Source: Scyliorhinus canicula (Eukaryota). Taken from it: a stretch of DNA of 64,000 nt. Positions 46,364 to 58,329 of the stretch are shown here, piece after piece (the stretch's first letter is position 1; every line of letters starts with the position of its first letter). Below the pieces are notes generated by a model. That model made no database searches, was not told where the DNA came from, and saw only the letters and a list, made by a program, of their open reading frames with translations. The DNA lies in the NCBI RefSeq assembly GCF_902713615.1, contig NC_052165.1, forward strand, positions 64,186,593-64,250,592, given 5' to 3'. Made by a program: the position numbers and the translations under genes.

Positions 46364-46465
46364 TTAAAGTGGCCATTTCCATTGATTGTGAGGGGCTTCT
46401 TCTATTAATGGTTCCCAAGGTTTCCACTTGACCATTTTATATGCCAGAGAAAGTTCATCCTCAGC
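46364..46465 (-). CDS. NDUFA5: NDUFA5 exon 5 (last coding exon)
   Basis: tccag|GCT...TAA; [33 protein letters not shown]. Confidence 0.97.
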   Translation of the reverse strand, partial: AEDELSLAYKMVKWKPWEPLIEEAPHNQWKWPL

Positions 46466-46885
46466 CTGGAAGTGAAATATAAATCAGCATCCGAAGGTAT
46501 TCTAATATGATTTCAAACACATTTCAATATTTCAATTGAGCTTTGCTTTTCAACTCCTGCCAAAAAAATAAAGTTCTCTACTTTAGTTTAGTCTAAAAAA
46601 TGGTAAGCTTAGAAAGATATCAGGGGATTAAATTATTTGCTGCGCCCTCCAGAAATATTTACAACATATTTAGCATTCACAAGTCAAATCTGATAAGGAT
46701 TCCACTTTCCATTGTAAGCCTCCCAGAAAAATAAATAAACATTTTGCTGAAGCCTCACAACTTCTAAAAGCTATTTTGCCAAGATAAATAACACAATTGT
46801 CTCAAAATAAAGCATCACTACATTGAGTAATGTTTCAATTATTTTTTCTTTGATTCTATAATATTTTATCATTAATAATGAACCT

Positions 46886-47109
46886 GTGGGCAGCATGGTG
46901 GCGCAGTGGTTAGCATTGCTGCCTCACGGCGCCAAGGTCCCAGGTTCGATCCCGGCCCTGGGTCACTGTCCGTGTGGAGTTTGCACATTCTCCCCGTGCT
47001 TGCAAGGGTTTCGCCCCCCACACCCAAAGATGTGCAGGGTAGGTGGATTAGCCCGCTAAATTGCCCTTAAATTGGAAAAAATGATTTGGCTACTCAAATT
47101 TTTTAAAAA
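46886..47109 (+). mobile_element. HE1-type SINE with perfect 15-bp TSD
   Basis: TSD ATTAATAATGAACCT at 46871-46885 and 47110-47124. Confidence 0.93.
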
Positions 47110-47204
47110 ATTAATAATGAACCTAAGCATTCCAGTGAAGTTAAAAAGAAGCACAGATGGATAAATGGTTACAAACTAATATGAGGAAGTATTTTGTAGT
47201 CTCC

Positions 47205-48125
47205 TTTTTTAAAAAAAACATCAGGGTATTTGTAGTTTTTATAACAATAACAGCAACATAAACATGGTACATAAAACATTTCCATCCCTATCACGTTCTT
47301 CACACCCCCAACAATGAAACAATAGCCTAACCGCCCCGCCGTACCCCCCCAACCACTAGATTTCTGCCTCTGCTGACATTTTAATTTTCTCCGAAAAAGT
47401 CGACGAACAGCTGCCACCTCCAGACGAACCCTAACATTGACCCTCTCAGAACGAACTTTATTTTCTCGAGACTGAGAAACCCCGCCATGTTACTAACGCA
47501 GGTTTCTAATTTGGGGGCTTTGAGTCAAGTATCCATCTCCGGGCTACCAGGGAGGCAAAGACAAAGACGTCAGCCTCTCTCCCCCACTGGACTCCCGGCT
47601 CTTCCAACACTCCAAAGATTGCCACCTCTGGACTCGGCACCACACGCGTTTTAAGTATCGTGGATATTGCCTTAGCAAAACCCTGCCAAAACCCTCTAAG
47701 CTTCGGGCATGCCCAAAACATATGGACGTGGTTTGCTGGACCTCCCGCGAACTCACAGACCTGTCCTCCACCCCAAAGAACTTGCTCATCCAGGCCACCG
47801 TCATGTGTGCCCGGTGGACTACCTTAAATTGTATCAGGCTAAGCTTGGCACATGATGAGGATGTGTTAACCCTACTTAAGGCATCCGCCTATAGACCTGC
47901 CTCTGTGTCTCCCCCAGCACATCTTCCCACTTGCCCTTTAGTTCCTCAAGAACGACTCCATAAGTTCTTTGTAGATATCTGACACCTTCCCCTCTCCCAC
48001 CCGTTCTGGAAACTACCCTGTACTGTATCCCCCGTGGTGGCAGGAGCGGGACGGTCGGAACCGGCCTTCTCAGAAAATCCCGTACCTGCAGATATCTAAA
48101 CCCATTCCCTGCTGACAGTTCAAAT
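47205..48125 (-). mobile_element. Decayed 3' fragment of a related L1 subfamily
   Basis: HMFWACPKLRGFWQG...VAIFGV.EEPGVQ.GREA...FASLVARR and GNGFRYLQVRDF align with the C-terminus of the intact ORF2. Confidence 0.85.
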
Positions 48126-48171
48126 TTCGGCTCTAGGTCACTGTCCGTGTGGAGTTTGCATACATTCCCCT

Positions 48172-48485
48172 GAGCAGAGGGGTCAGTAAGCAGGGGGCAC
48201 AGATTTAAGGTAAAGGGCAAGTGGTTTGGAGACATGTCAGGAAGATATTTTCATCCAGCGGGTGGTTGAAATCTGGAACTCATTGCCTAATAATTATTGG
48301 TGGTAGTGGTGGGAACCCTCACAACTTTTAAGAAGTATTTGGATGAGCACTTATCATCTATGCCATAGCATACAAGGCTACCGGCCATGCTGGAAAATGG
48401 GATTAGATTAGATAGGTGCTTGATAGCCGGCCCAGGCACATTGGGCCAAAGGGCCTCTTTCTGTGCTGTATAAACTCTGACACTT
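48172..48485 (+). mobile_element. CR1 3' end fragment
   Basis: GGGCACAGATTTAAGGTAAAGGG...GGGCCAAAGGGCCTCTTTCTGTGCTGTATAAACTCT. Confidence 0.75.
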
Positions 48486-48631
48486 TGACAGCAATGATAT
48501 TGGAGGATGGAGTCCTCTTCATTTTGAGAGGAAATTTCTAACATGATAGTTGTTTCTGTTGCTAGAAATCTGTACTAAATACATTCCACTGATTTTCATG
48601 TGCAGCCTTAAATACTTCAGCAGTGACATAC

Positions 48632-48697
48632 CTGTAAAATTACTTCCTCTAACTGCCCACAGTTGATTTTGTCTTCTAGTTTTTGAACATCTTGCTC
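48632..48697 (-). CDS. NDUFA5: NDUFA5 exon 4
   Basis: ttgcag|GAG...CAG|gtatgt, 66 nt; EQDVQKLEDKINCGQLEEVILQ. Confidence 0.97.
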
Positions 48698-49612
48698 CTG
48701 CAATACATAACACAGAACACTTGTGGATAGAGCCTCGCTTCCCGGGGGTATACTGACAATGCTGTTAGGAAGGATGTTTCAGGATTTTAACCCAATGACA
48801 GTGAAAGAACGACAATATACTCCTCTAAGTCACAATGGTGTGTGGCTTGAAAGGGAATTTGCAGCTGGTGATGTTCCCAGACATTTGCTGTCCCTGTCCT
48901 TGCACATGGTAGCGGTCACGGGTTTGGAAGGTTCTGTTGAAGGAGGTTTAGCAAATTGCTGCAGTGCATTTTGTAGATGGCGCACATTGCTGCCACTTTA
49001 CATCGTTGGTGGTGGGGAATGTTTGGATGGGGTGCTGACCATGAAGCTTGTTTTGTCCTGGATATTGTCAAGCTTTTTGTGTTGTTGGAGCTGCACACAT
49101 TCAGGCAAGTGGAGAGTATTTCATCACACTTCTTACTTGTGGATGGTGGACAGGTTTTGGGGAGTCAGGAGTGGAGTTGCTCACCACAAAATTCCCTGCT
49201 TCTGCAGTGACAGTATTTATAGAGCTGGTTCAGTTAAATTTTTGGTCAATGGTAACCACCGGATGTTGAAGGTTCGGGCAATGGTAATGCCATTCAACAT
49301 TAAGGAGAGATTATGAGATTCTTTCTTGTTGCAGATGGTCATTGCCTGGCACTTGTGTGGTGAGAATGTGACTTGTCACTTATCAGCCGAAGCCTGAATG
49401 TTAACTTGGTCTTCCTCAGATGTGACTGCTGAGAGTAAGAAACAAATTTAAACCTATCACACAGCATAAATCAAGACAAACCAGGTAAGGAAATTCAGAG
49501 TGACTGGGCATCACTCACAATCTGGAATGTAAAGTATATTTCCAGAAAATTAGAATTGCTATTTAAAAATATATTCCTTAAATATCTTTGCCTCTAGATT
49601 TTGGTATCACTT

Positions 49613-49813
49613 NNNNNNNNNNNNNNNNNNNNNNNNNNNNNNNNNNNNNNNNNNNNNNNNNNNNNNNNNNNNNNNNNNNNNNNNNNNNNNNNNNNNNNNN
49701 NNNNNNNNNNNNNNNNNNNNNNNNNNNNNNNNNNNNNNNNNNNNNNNNNNNNNNNNNNNNNNNNNNNNNNNNNNNNNNNNNNNNNNNNNNNNNNNNNNNN
49801 NNNNNNNNNNNNN
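49613..49813. other. Assembly gap (~200 N) in NDUFA5 intron 3
   Basis: Run of N. Confidence 1.
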
Positions 49814-50462
49814 AATTGAACAAAGAATGTGATATAAAAAGAGATAGTTAGTTAGAATAATGTAGAGGATAGAGCCGGTCTGATGGTAGTGAGTTAGCAT
49901 GGTAATGGACAAAGGAATTCAGCAAAGCATGACCAGGAAGGGGGGAGGGGAGCCTCGTGCAGAGGATGGTGAAAAGAATGGTGGGTAACAAGAGGCCCAG
50001 GGTTGAGGAATGCGAAGTGAGCCAATCAGGATATATGGCCAGGTCAGGAGGTAAATAGGATGACCTATGGGAATCTTGAATGTGAAACTTGATGCCATTT
50101 GAATGATATGTATAGGAGATCTCTGTGTCCTCTGTCTCACTCGGCTTTGGGAGTTTCAGGAGATTGTATGTGTTCTGAGTCTCTATAGAGCTGGTCAGCC
50201 TTGCAAGTTGTTTAAAAATAAATAATACTATCCCTCTCGAGTTTTATTGAGACCAGACTGACGGGTAAAGAACTTAATTTGTCATAAGCACTGCACAACA
50301 TTCATCATCCTTAATTATTTTGATGCCATAAGCTAAGTGATTTCAACAGTTAGTTAGTTACAGGCCTTGAAATAAATACTCAAGTGAAACATATCCAATC
50401 CATTTGGCAAACAATATGCCATCCATTAAAAACATGCAGTCAGCGAAATAAAGCCAGCTTAC

Positions 50463-50579
50463 CGATTTTACCATGTTTAACCTGTCATTGATTGTCTGCT
50501 CGGTGTACTTCCTATAGGCTGCATCCTGAGGGATGGATTGCAGGACAGTAAGAATTCTGGAGTACAAAATTCTTAACTT
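50463..50579 (-). CDS. NDUFA5: NDUFA5 exon 3
   Basis: tttcag|AAG...TCG|gtaagc, 117 nt; KLRILYSRILTVLQSIPQDAAYRKYTEQTINDRLNMVKS. Confidence 0.97.
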
Positions 50580-51823
50580 CTGAAAGTAAATAATACAAAA
50601 ATCATTGGAGCATTCACTCTCTTGTGGCTTATTTCACTTCTTTTAGTCTTGCCAAACTTTCTCTGGCAGGCAGGACAGGCAGCAGGAGAGTCGCTGCCAG
50701 TTCCATCAGATAGCTGTTTACATCGTTCACTTGTCTTCAGTTTTCCCTTTTGCCAAGAAACATTAATATCTTTCCTGGTGCCTCCCAGTTGACATACCAG
50801 TTTGAAATGAAGGACTATTCAAGTGATATAATTAAGTTTAAAACTGGTGGTAGCAATAGATTCTATTTAGATGCGCAAGTTAGATGGGGAGGGGGAAACG
50901 ACATGGTACGAGAATAGAATATGAAGAGGGTGAAGCTAAAATGTCAGGAAGTACTTTTTAAATACAGTTATCCATTGCCAAAACAAGTGGCAAGTATGAA
51001 CTCAATGCAATCCTTCAAAAAGGTTACTGGGCAAGTTCCTGACAACTTCAGAGATCCCGAGTGCAGATGATAAATGGAGAGGGAGCTGTAATTTTGCAGT
51101 TTTTAAAAATAAATTGGTTTATAGCGTCTTTGACTCTTCCAATGAGAGTGAAGAATCGTGTTCACAAATTTACATTTGACCACACTGCACCTCACATACT
51201 GTACCTCCAATCAACCTTTTTCTTTAAGATCTTGATGAAGCTAGCAGCGGCCTTAAATTAAACCTCGAACATCGGCAGGTGAAACAAACATGAAAGCACT
51301 CAAACAATTATTGTATGAACACCAAAAAGTTATCTTCGTCATAGGGCAGAACTCTAACATCCTGTTAGCAAGCACTAACTAGCTTTTGAATATTATACAA
51401 ATATCAAATTCAGTCTTTAACTGGGAACCGTGCTACTAATCAGTTACAGACATCAGGGGTTGGATTCCCAATTTCTGCACCCCTATGTTTCTCCCATGGA
51501 TTGTCTTATTAAGTTACAGAATAAATGCTTCTTGAAAGTCTCATTGTTAATTTACTGCAAGTCTGTCCACGTAGATTAGTTCTTTCCACCAGGATTATTC
51601 TGACCAGTCAATACAGCCATTTTTAGTACAGAAAGGCTGTTCTCTCTCTCTACTCAACACCGATGAAATATACTTTTCAAAAGGAATGTTTGAATTCCAA
51701 TCATATTTGTTTTCTTACAGATTTATGGTAAAGAATTTCACAATGACAAGTACTGTTCCAGATCACAACGCATAGAATTGTACCTGTTACAGAACGCGAG
51801 TCAAAAAATTACAAAAAGCTCAC

Positions 51824-51868
51824 CTCATTAGGATTCTGGGCCACAGCAAGACCCACTAAGCCAGTTGT
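51824..51868 (-). CDS. NDUFA5: NDUFA5 exon 2
   Basis: cctgaag|ACA...GAG|gtgagc, 45 nt; TTGLVGLAVAQNPNE. Confidence 0.96.
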
Positions 51869-52545
51869 CTTCAGGAAAGAAAACAAATAAAATTAATATA
51901 TTCTGATTCCAAAGAGTCATATTGCACTTGAAACATTAACTTTATTGCTCTCTCCACAGATGCTGCCAGTTTTTCCACCACTTTACCTTTATTTCAGCTC
52001 TCAAACACGTGCAGTATTTTGGTTTTATTTTAAAATTTCCTCAAGGATATTTTGGTCTCCACTACATTCCCCATATGCCTATCTTTCTTTCCATATCTAC
52101 CTCTCCCACTACTGCTTTTCTCAATAATATCTTTCCATGTCCTTCCCATCGCTCTCTCTCTCCCTTCGCCATATATTATCTCTTTCCCTTGTTTCTCTTT
52201 TCCAACATATGGCTCCCCCTATATTTTCCACCCAATCGCTCCATCCTTTCCCCTATGTTTATCCATCCTCTTCCCCTCAGTCTCCATGTTTTTCTTCACT
52301 ATATTATTTTCTCTCTCTCATTCTTCTTTAGTGCCTATCCATAAAATATATTCTGCCTCTGCCTTTCTAAAATATTTTTATTGCTCAAAAATCTTTCTCT
52401 ATCTATCCCCTATATAATTATTGCCAGATATTTATTTCACTCTGTCCATCTATCCCTACATATTTATTTCTCTCCAACTCTGCCTTTCCGGTGTCTATTT
52501 CTCCTCCCTCCGATATTTCTCTCTTTGCGCTCTATATGTGTTGTC

Positions 52546-52767
52546 TCTTTCTCTCTATCCCTCTCTGCCATATATATCTCTATCCCTCTCTGCCATATAT
52601 ATCTCTATCGCTCTCTGCCATATATATCTCTATCCCTCTCTGCCATATATATCTCTATCCCTCTCTGCCATATATATCTCTATCCCTCTCTGCCATATAT
52701 ATCTCTATCCCTCTCTGCCATATATATCTCTATCCCTCTCTGCCATATATATCTCTATCCCTCTCTG

Positions 52768-52813
<46 letters not shown>

Positions 52814-53080
52814 CTCTCTGCCATATATATATATATATATATATATCTATTCCTCTCTGCCATATATACATATCCCTCTCTGCCATATATCCGTCTCTCC
52901 CGCATTTATATCTCTATCCCTCTCTGCCATATATCCCTCTCTCCCGCATTTATATCTCTCTCTATCCCTCTCTGCCATATATATTTCTATCCCTCTCTGC
53001 CATATACATATCTCTCTCTATCATTCTCTGCCATATATATATCTATCCCTCTCTGCCATATATATATATATATATATCTC
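52546..53080. repeat. 25-bp minisatellite grading into (TA)n microsatellites
   Basis: Unit TATATATCTCTATCCCTCTCTGCCA, ~8-9 near-perfect copies, then (TA)~20 and degenerate units. Confidence 0.95.
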
Positions 53081-53096
53081 TTTGACCTCCACTCAC

Positions 53097-53117
53097 TTTC
53101 TTCAGGACGCCGGCCAT
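53097..53117 (-). CDS. NDUFA5: NDUFA5 exon 1 (coding part); full CDS is 116 aa, NADH dehydrogenase 1 alpha subcomplex subunit 5
   Basis: GCA ATG GCC GGC GTC CTG AAG AAA|gtgagt = MAGVLKK; exons 21+45+117+66+102 nt give 116 aa plus stop. Confidence 0.97.
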
Positions 53118-53645
53118 TGCCGCCGCGATGCACTGTGGGATCGGCTCCAGCCCGGTTAATCGAGCACCGTTATCGCGATATCCAGACGCGATCAGAGGAG
53201 CTCTGAGCGCTGGAGCCACACGAGCTTCAACTGGTCGGTGGGTCAGCGCGGGTGCGCGCGGAGGAAGAGGGAGGTGGGTTAGAGAGCAGAGTCCCGGGGC
53301 TCAGCGCTCGCTGATCAGCGGCAGTGGGGGCAGGAGGAAGCCATTCAGCTTGCTCCGCCATTCGGCACCATTGTGGCGGATCGGACTGCGGCATCAGCTC
53401 CGCATTGTGCCCTCCTTAAACATTGACCTTTTTTCGGTCCCTCTGTTTAAAGTAATCCGCAAATCTGAGAGGGGGAGGGGCTCAGGTTCTGAGGCCTGGG
53501 AAAGGGGCGGGGTTTTGAAGGGGAAGGGAAGGGGCGGGGCTTTGGAGGGTGGGGCGGGGCCTTGGAGGGGGTGGGGCGGGGCCTTGGAGGGGGTGGGGCG
53601 GGGCTTTGGCGAGAGGGTAAGGTCAGGGAGGGGGCAGGGCCCAAG
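53118..53645 (-). promoter_or_regulatory. NDUFA5 CpG-island promoter with five tandem GC boxes
   Basis: CpG-dense 53100-53420; GGGGCGGGG repeated five times at ~53503-53603 in ~20-28-bp units. Confidence 0.75.
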
Positions 53646-54848
53646 GTAGAAGAGGGGGTATGGCTAGGATGCTTTGAGGTGGTTGGGTGGCCATGGAGGG
53701 GAAAGCGATGGACTAAGACTGAACCTATCCCTCCTCTAATGCCCCTAAAGTGTCAGTAGCACTAACAATCTCTGATGGAGGTGCCCAGTAATCAGGAACT
53801 ACGCCTACATGTAAACCCTTCCTCAGACAAATCTGATCTAGGCCTCTACTTGATTCTCAATGAACTGCGGGAAGAATGTGGCTGAATTTTCAACACTGTC
53901 TTGTGGCTTGTGCAGGAACCTGCTTGAGCTTTATTTTTGCTTCCGTGTCTCAAGACACCTCATTTCCCACTTTCTCCAGAACTTTGTTAATACATTATGA
54001 TACATTATGACTTACACAGATGCCAACTGTAAGCATTTTATAGCCTTCTTTTCCCTGCTCTGGGAGTGTTTTCCTGACCAAAACAGCATACATTATTTGT
54101 TTTTTTTTTTACAGTGCTTTTGTTAAAGACTCTGTATTACCTTGCATTGTTCATGTTTTGCAATGTCAAACAATGTGCACTGATGCAGAGCTTGTGAGTG
54201 AAGCAGTGAAGCTATGCAAATCACCAAGTCTTGTGCATGCTGAGAATTTGTGGACACCTGCATGGAGAACAGCAATGAACTGTTGTGTATTAATGTCAAT
54301 TGATCTGCTCACTTTTTGCCTTCCGATGATAGGAACTTTGAATGTCAATTACAAGTTTTAAGAAATTTTTTTTGTTAATGTTAAAAAATATATTATCTTA
54401 CAAAATAAACCATTTGTGGCTACAAAAGTTGAATAAGTAAGTTGTACAAACTGTATTTATGTAGCAACTTACACAGCCTCCAAACATCTCTGGCTTTTCC
54501 CAGTTAACAAAGTACTTTTGAATTTGTGAATATCAAGATCCCTCAAACAGCCATGAGATAGATACATTCAGATTAACTGTTTTCCTGACATTGGTATTGA
54601 CCACGATACCAATTGACTTGCTCTTCAAATATCATCATCGGATATTTTTCCTTTGCTTGGTTATTTAAAAAACTTGGCATGTTCACTTAATTATTTTGAA
54701 TCAGAGATTCATTTATTTGATAACACAGAGAAGGTTAGCGGGTCCTAAAACTCAATCCCACTGCCACCAGTTAACATAGATACAAATAGAATTACCATGA
54801 CAGCAGAAACATCTCACAGCATGTTCTCTCAAAGAACTACATGTAGTT

Positions 54849-55068
54849 GGGGCGGCATGGTGGCGCAGTGGTTAGCACTGCTTCCTACGGTGTTCAGGAC
54901 CCAGGTTCGGTCCCGGGTCACTGTCTGTGGAGTTTCCTCATTCTTACCGTGTCTGCATGGGTTTTACCCCCACAACACAAAGATGTGCAGATTAAGTGGA
55001 TTGGCCACACTAAATTGACTCTTAATTGGAAAAAAATAATAATTGAGTACTCTAAATTTATTTTTAAA
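54849..55068 (+). mobile_element. HE1-type SINE, A-tailed, diverged 18-bp TSD
   Basis: AAAGAACTACATGTAGTT / AAAGAACTGCATGTCGTT. Confidence 0.88.
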
Positions 55069-57450
55069 AAAGAACTGCATGTCGTTCATAAAGACTGCAA
55101 CTACTTGTAACATTTGGCCTAGTTCGGTCAATCATCCATAGTTCATTTTCAGTTTTGGTTGCCATTGGACTGTTGACTGGATTCTAACCAATCTTAAAAA
55201 CTAGATCCATATCACAAAAAACTCCCCTTCATCTCTGTCATCGGCTATTTCACTTTGAAGGAAATGTTAATGAGCCTGACTTTTCTAATTAGGCAGTTTC
55301 CTTTTGCAAATACTTAAGTCTCATAACAATAGTGATGTATAGTGTTAGCATCCCAAAGGATTTGTTACTCATAATGTTTGCTTTATTAGGGCATTCGTTT
55401 ATTGATTACTTATGTTAAAAATCTCTTAATTAAGAGTCTTCATCTTTATACTTTGTGCACTGTGTAAAGCCAAAACCAATCTTAGGAGAAAATAATCTAC
55501 TCAAAATGACTGAACAATCACAACTTGACACTATATTTTGGATTTATGCTGAGAACCAGGGGTGTAGCAGAATTGCTTCCCTACTCCCGCTGCATGTTGT
55601 TGGAATTGAAAAGCTTGCGTGAGTGCACCAACAAGACAGTGACACAAAAATATTGCACTTCAAAAAAACTTTAATGCGACAAAATAAGGTTTTAAAATTT
55701 AGCTAAAATGTAACGGTCGTGGAAATAGGGAAATTACAACAATATTGGTGAGACTGCAGTTGAAATTCATGCTGGATAAGTTAAAACATAAGAAAATGGA
55801 GATCGGTTGTCTTCACAGTGAAATTCCACCATTCACTATCATCTGTGAAACTGACAGCAACTTCCGGCATCAGCACATAAGCACAGAAATCTAGAAGCTG
55901 CTGTCAGTGCTTTCCTGTAGGGTGTGCTGTTGAAGTCTCCATAGACATCTTTAGAAGCAATTTAACTGACAAATACATCTCCTTTTATGTTGCAATATTG
56001 CTATTTTTTAAAAAATTGGTTAAGCTATGCCTTAGTGATGAGACATACCATGTCTCAACTTTTGCTAAATGACTTCGCTGGTCCTGGAAAACCAACCCCA
56101 TATTTGTGGAATGGCAAATTTCTTTATAATAATAATTCCATAGTTTCTTAATTCAATTTTTAAAAAGTTTATTTATGGTATTTCAGTTACAAATCAATCT
56201 TTATTTTACTCACTAATATGTATTTGAAAAGTGCAAGGAAATCAGCACATTTTAATTCTTGATTTGTTGTCCATGAGAGTCCTTCAGTTTGATTGGCTGC
56301 TTACATTGTCTGGTAGGCTCACTGTTTCTGGTTGCCGGGAGATTCCATTGACTTGGAACCCAATTAAATTTAAGATGAAGAAAGGTGAAATCCATGCCAC
56401 AGATATGGCAGGTTTCTTCAAGGCAAGCAACAAGTCCCATTGCTTTGCCACTGACTGCAAAATCTAGGCTGATGTTTAGTGAGTTGTAAATAATAATATT
56501 AAAGATAAACAAAAAGACAATTCAAAAATAAAATTAAGAAATCCAGTATTAGACAAAAAGAGACACCAATAAAACATTTGACTGTAAAATTGTTGGAAAC
56601 GCCTTGAATAAGATTAATGTTTCTTCAAATAGAGCACAGTAGCGCAAGTGTTAGTCCTTTTGAAAAGGACTGGGTTGCTGAAGTCTGAGAACAATGAACT
56701 AGCAAAGTTATTTAATAATTACTTCATAATCCTCTCTACCCAAGAGTAGAGAAAATCAGAATTCGGGGGGGGGGGGGGGGGGGGGGGGATTCTCTGGGCT
56801 ATTAGGCCCAGGTGAGAATTGTGATGGCCTGCTGAATCAGATGAGAGGGCCAAAACGGGATTTTCACCTGCGTCAAACCCATTGCGAGTCTCCTGGCCAG
56901 CACCGATCAGGTTCTCGCCCAGAGCATGCTATTTCCCATTTACATTCATTTTAATGTAATTATTGGGCAGGAAGCCCAATTCACCCGGCCTCCTGGCATG
57001 TTCCGGGGTCGCCCCCTATCCCCCGGCCCGCCAGCTGGGATTCATGAGGGCATGAAGTAGTGCCGGTTGACAAGCAGGAACCTGGTTCCTTGGACTCTGA
57101 TGGGGTGAGTATTCTCTCTACACTTGCCTCCAGGGTGCTGAGGGTGGTCATTCATGGAAGGTGGGAATTGGGGAAATCTTGGGCTGGGCTGGTGGTTCTC
57201 AAGTTGGGAGTCCTTCCCATAATGGAGATTGTATGGCAGGTCTTCTAGCTTTCAAAATCATGAAACTGTCTTTCAGCATGTCAAGTGTACTCTCTGATGT
57301 GTTGGAACGCTTTGATGTCTCTCCCAGCATGTCAAGTTCAAAGACCTGTCAGAAGGTAAACATCTTCCCTTTGATGTGTTGGAATCTTTTATACTCTCCC
57401 AGCATGGAAATATAAATGATCTGTCAGAAGAATGTGAATGTCTTCCTTTT

Positions 57451-57675
57451 AGGGTGGAGCAGTGGTTAGCACTGCTGCCTCACAGTGCCAAGGACCTGGT
57501 TTGGTCCTGGTCCCAGGTCACTGTCCATGTGGAGTTTGCACATTCTCCCCATGTCTGCGTGGGTCTCACCCCCACAACCCAAATATGCGCAGGGTAGGGG
57601 GATTGGCCATGCTAAATTGCCCCTTAATTGGAAATAGAAATGAATTGGGCACTTACTTTTTTTTTAGTTTTTAAA
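57451..57675 (+). mobile_element. HE1-type SINE
   Basis: Same body as the other copies. Confidence 0.8.
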
Positions 57676-58003
57676 AATTTGTTGGAAACCTTAAAAGTGC
57701 TTTTTTCACCATCAATTTAACTCCCCTTAACTTTTTTCAAGCTCGTGGGCATACTTAGAAGCCTAAAAGCTTTGACCTGCATTGTTCCTATTCAATTTCA
57801 TGGTCCATTGCCTTTTGCAAGCCTCTTGATTGACAGGCCAGGCTATTTCAAAGGAGGAATTAGCATTGTTTTTATTGGCTCTTGAGGAGTCCATTAACTC
57901 TGAAGTGTTTCCTCTTTTGAGCAGGTGTTCTTTCTAACCATGGTTTTTTAAAAGAGGCCTCTTTTTGATGGGTGAAGTGTCTGCCCATATGTTACTGCTC
58001 TCT

Positions 58004-58230
58004 TTTTTTTTAATAAATTTAGAGTACCCAATTATTTTTTCCAATTAAGGGGCAATTTAGTGTGGCCAATCTACCTACTCTGCACATCTTTGGGTTGTGG
58101 GGGTGAAACCCACGCAGACACGGGGAGAATGTGCAAACTCCACACGGACAGTGACCCAGGGTCGGGATTCGAACCCGGGTCCTCAGCGCCGTAGGCAGCA
58201 ATGCTAACCACTGTGCCACCGTGCTGCCCC
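58004..58230 (-). mobile_element. HE1-type SINE, young, perfect 15-bp TSD
   Basis: TSD ATGTTACTGCTCTCT at 57989-58003 and 58231-58245; target context TCTT/AA. Confidence 0.93.
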
Positions 58231-58329
58231 ATGTTACTGCTCTCTTAACCCATAGTTTCATCTATCACATTCTACCAAAAAAAAAATCATTTGAGCCACA
58301 GCTTTATTAATACAAAACATGTAGGGATA

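Noticed and set aside
49578-49912. ORFs containing X runs
   Set aside because: Artefacts of the assembly gap.
52381-53206. 222-261-aa ORFs rich in Y/I/S/L
   Set aside because: Products of the 25-bp/(TA)n repeat, which lacks stops on this strand.
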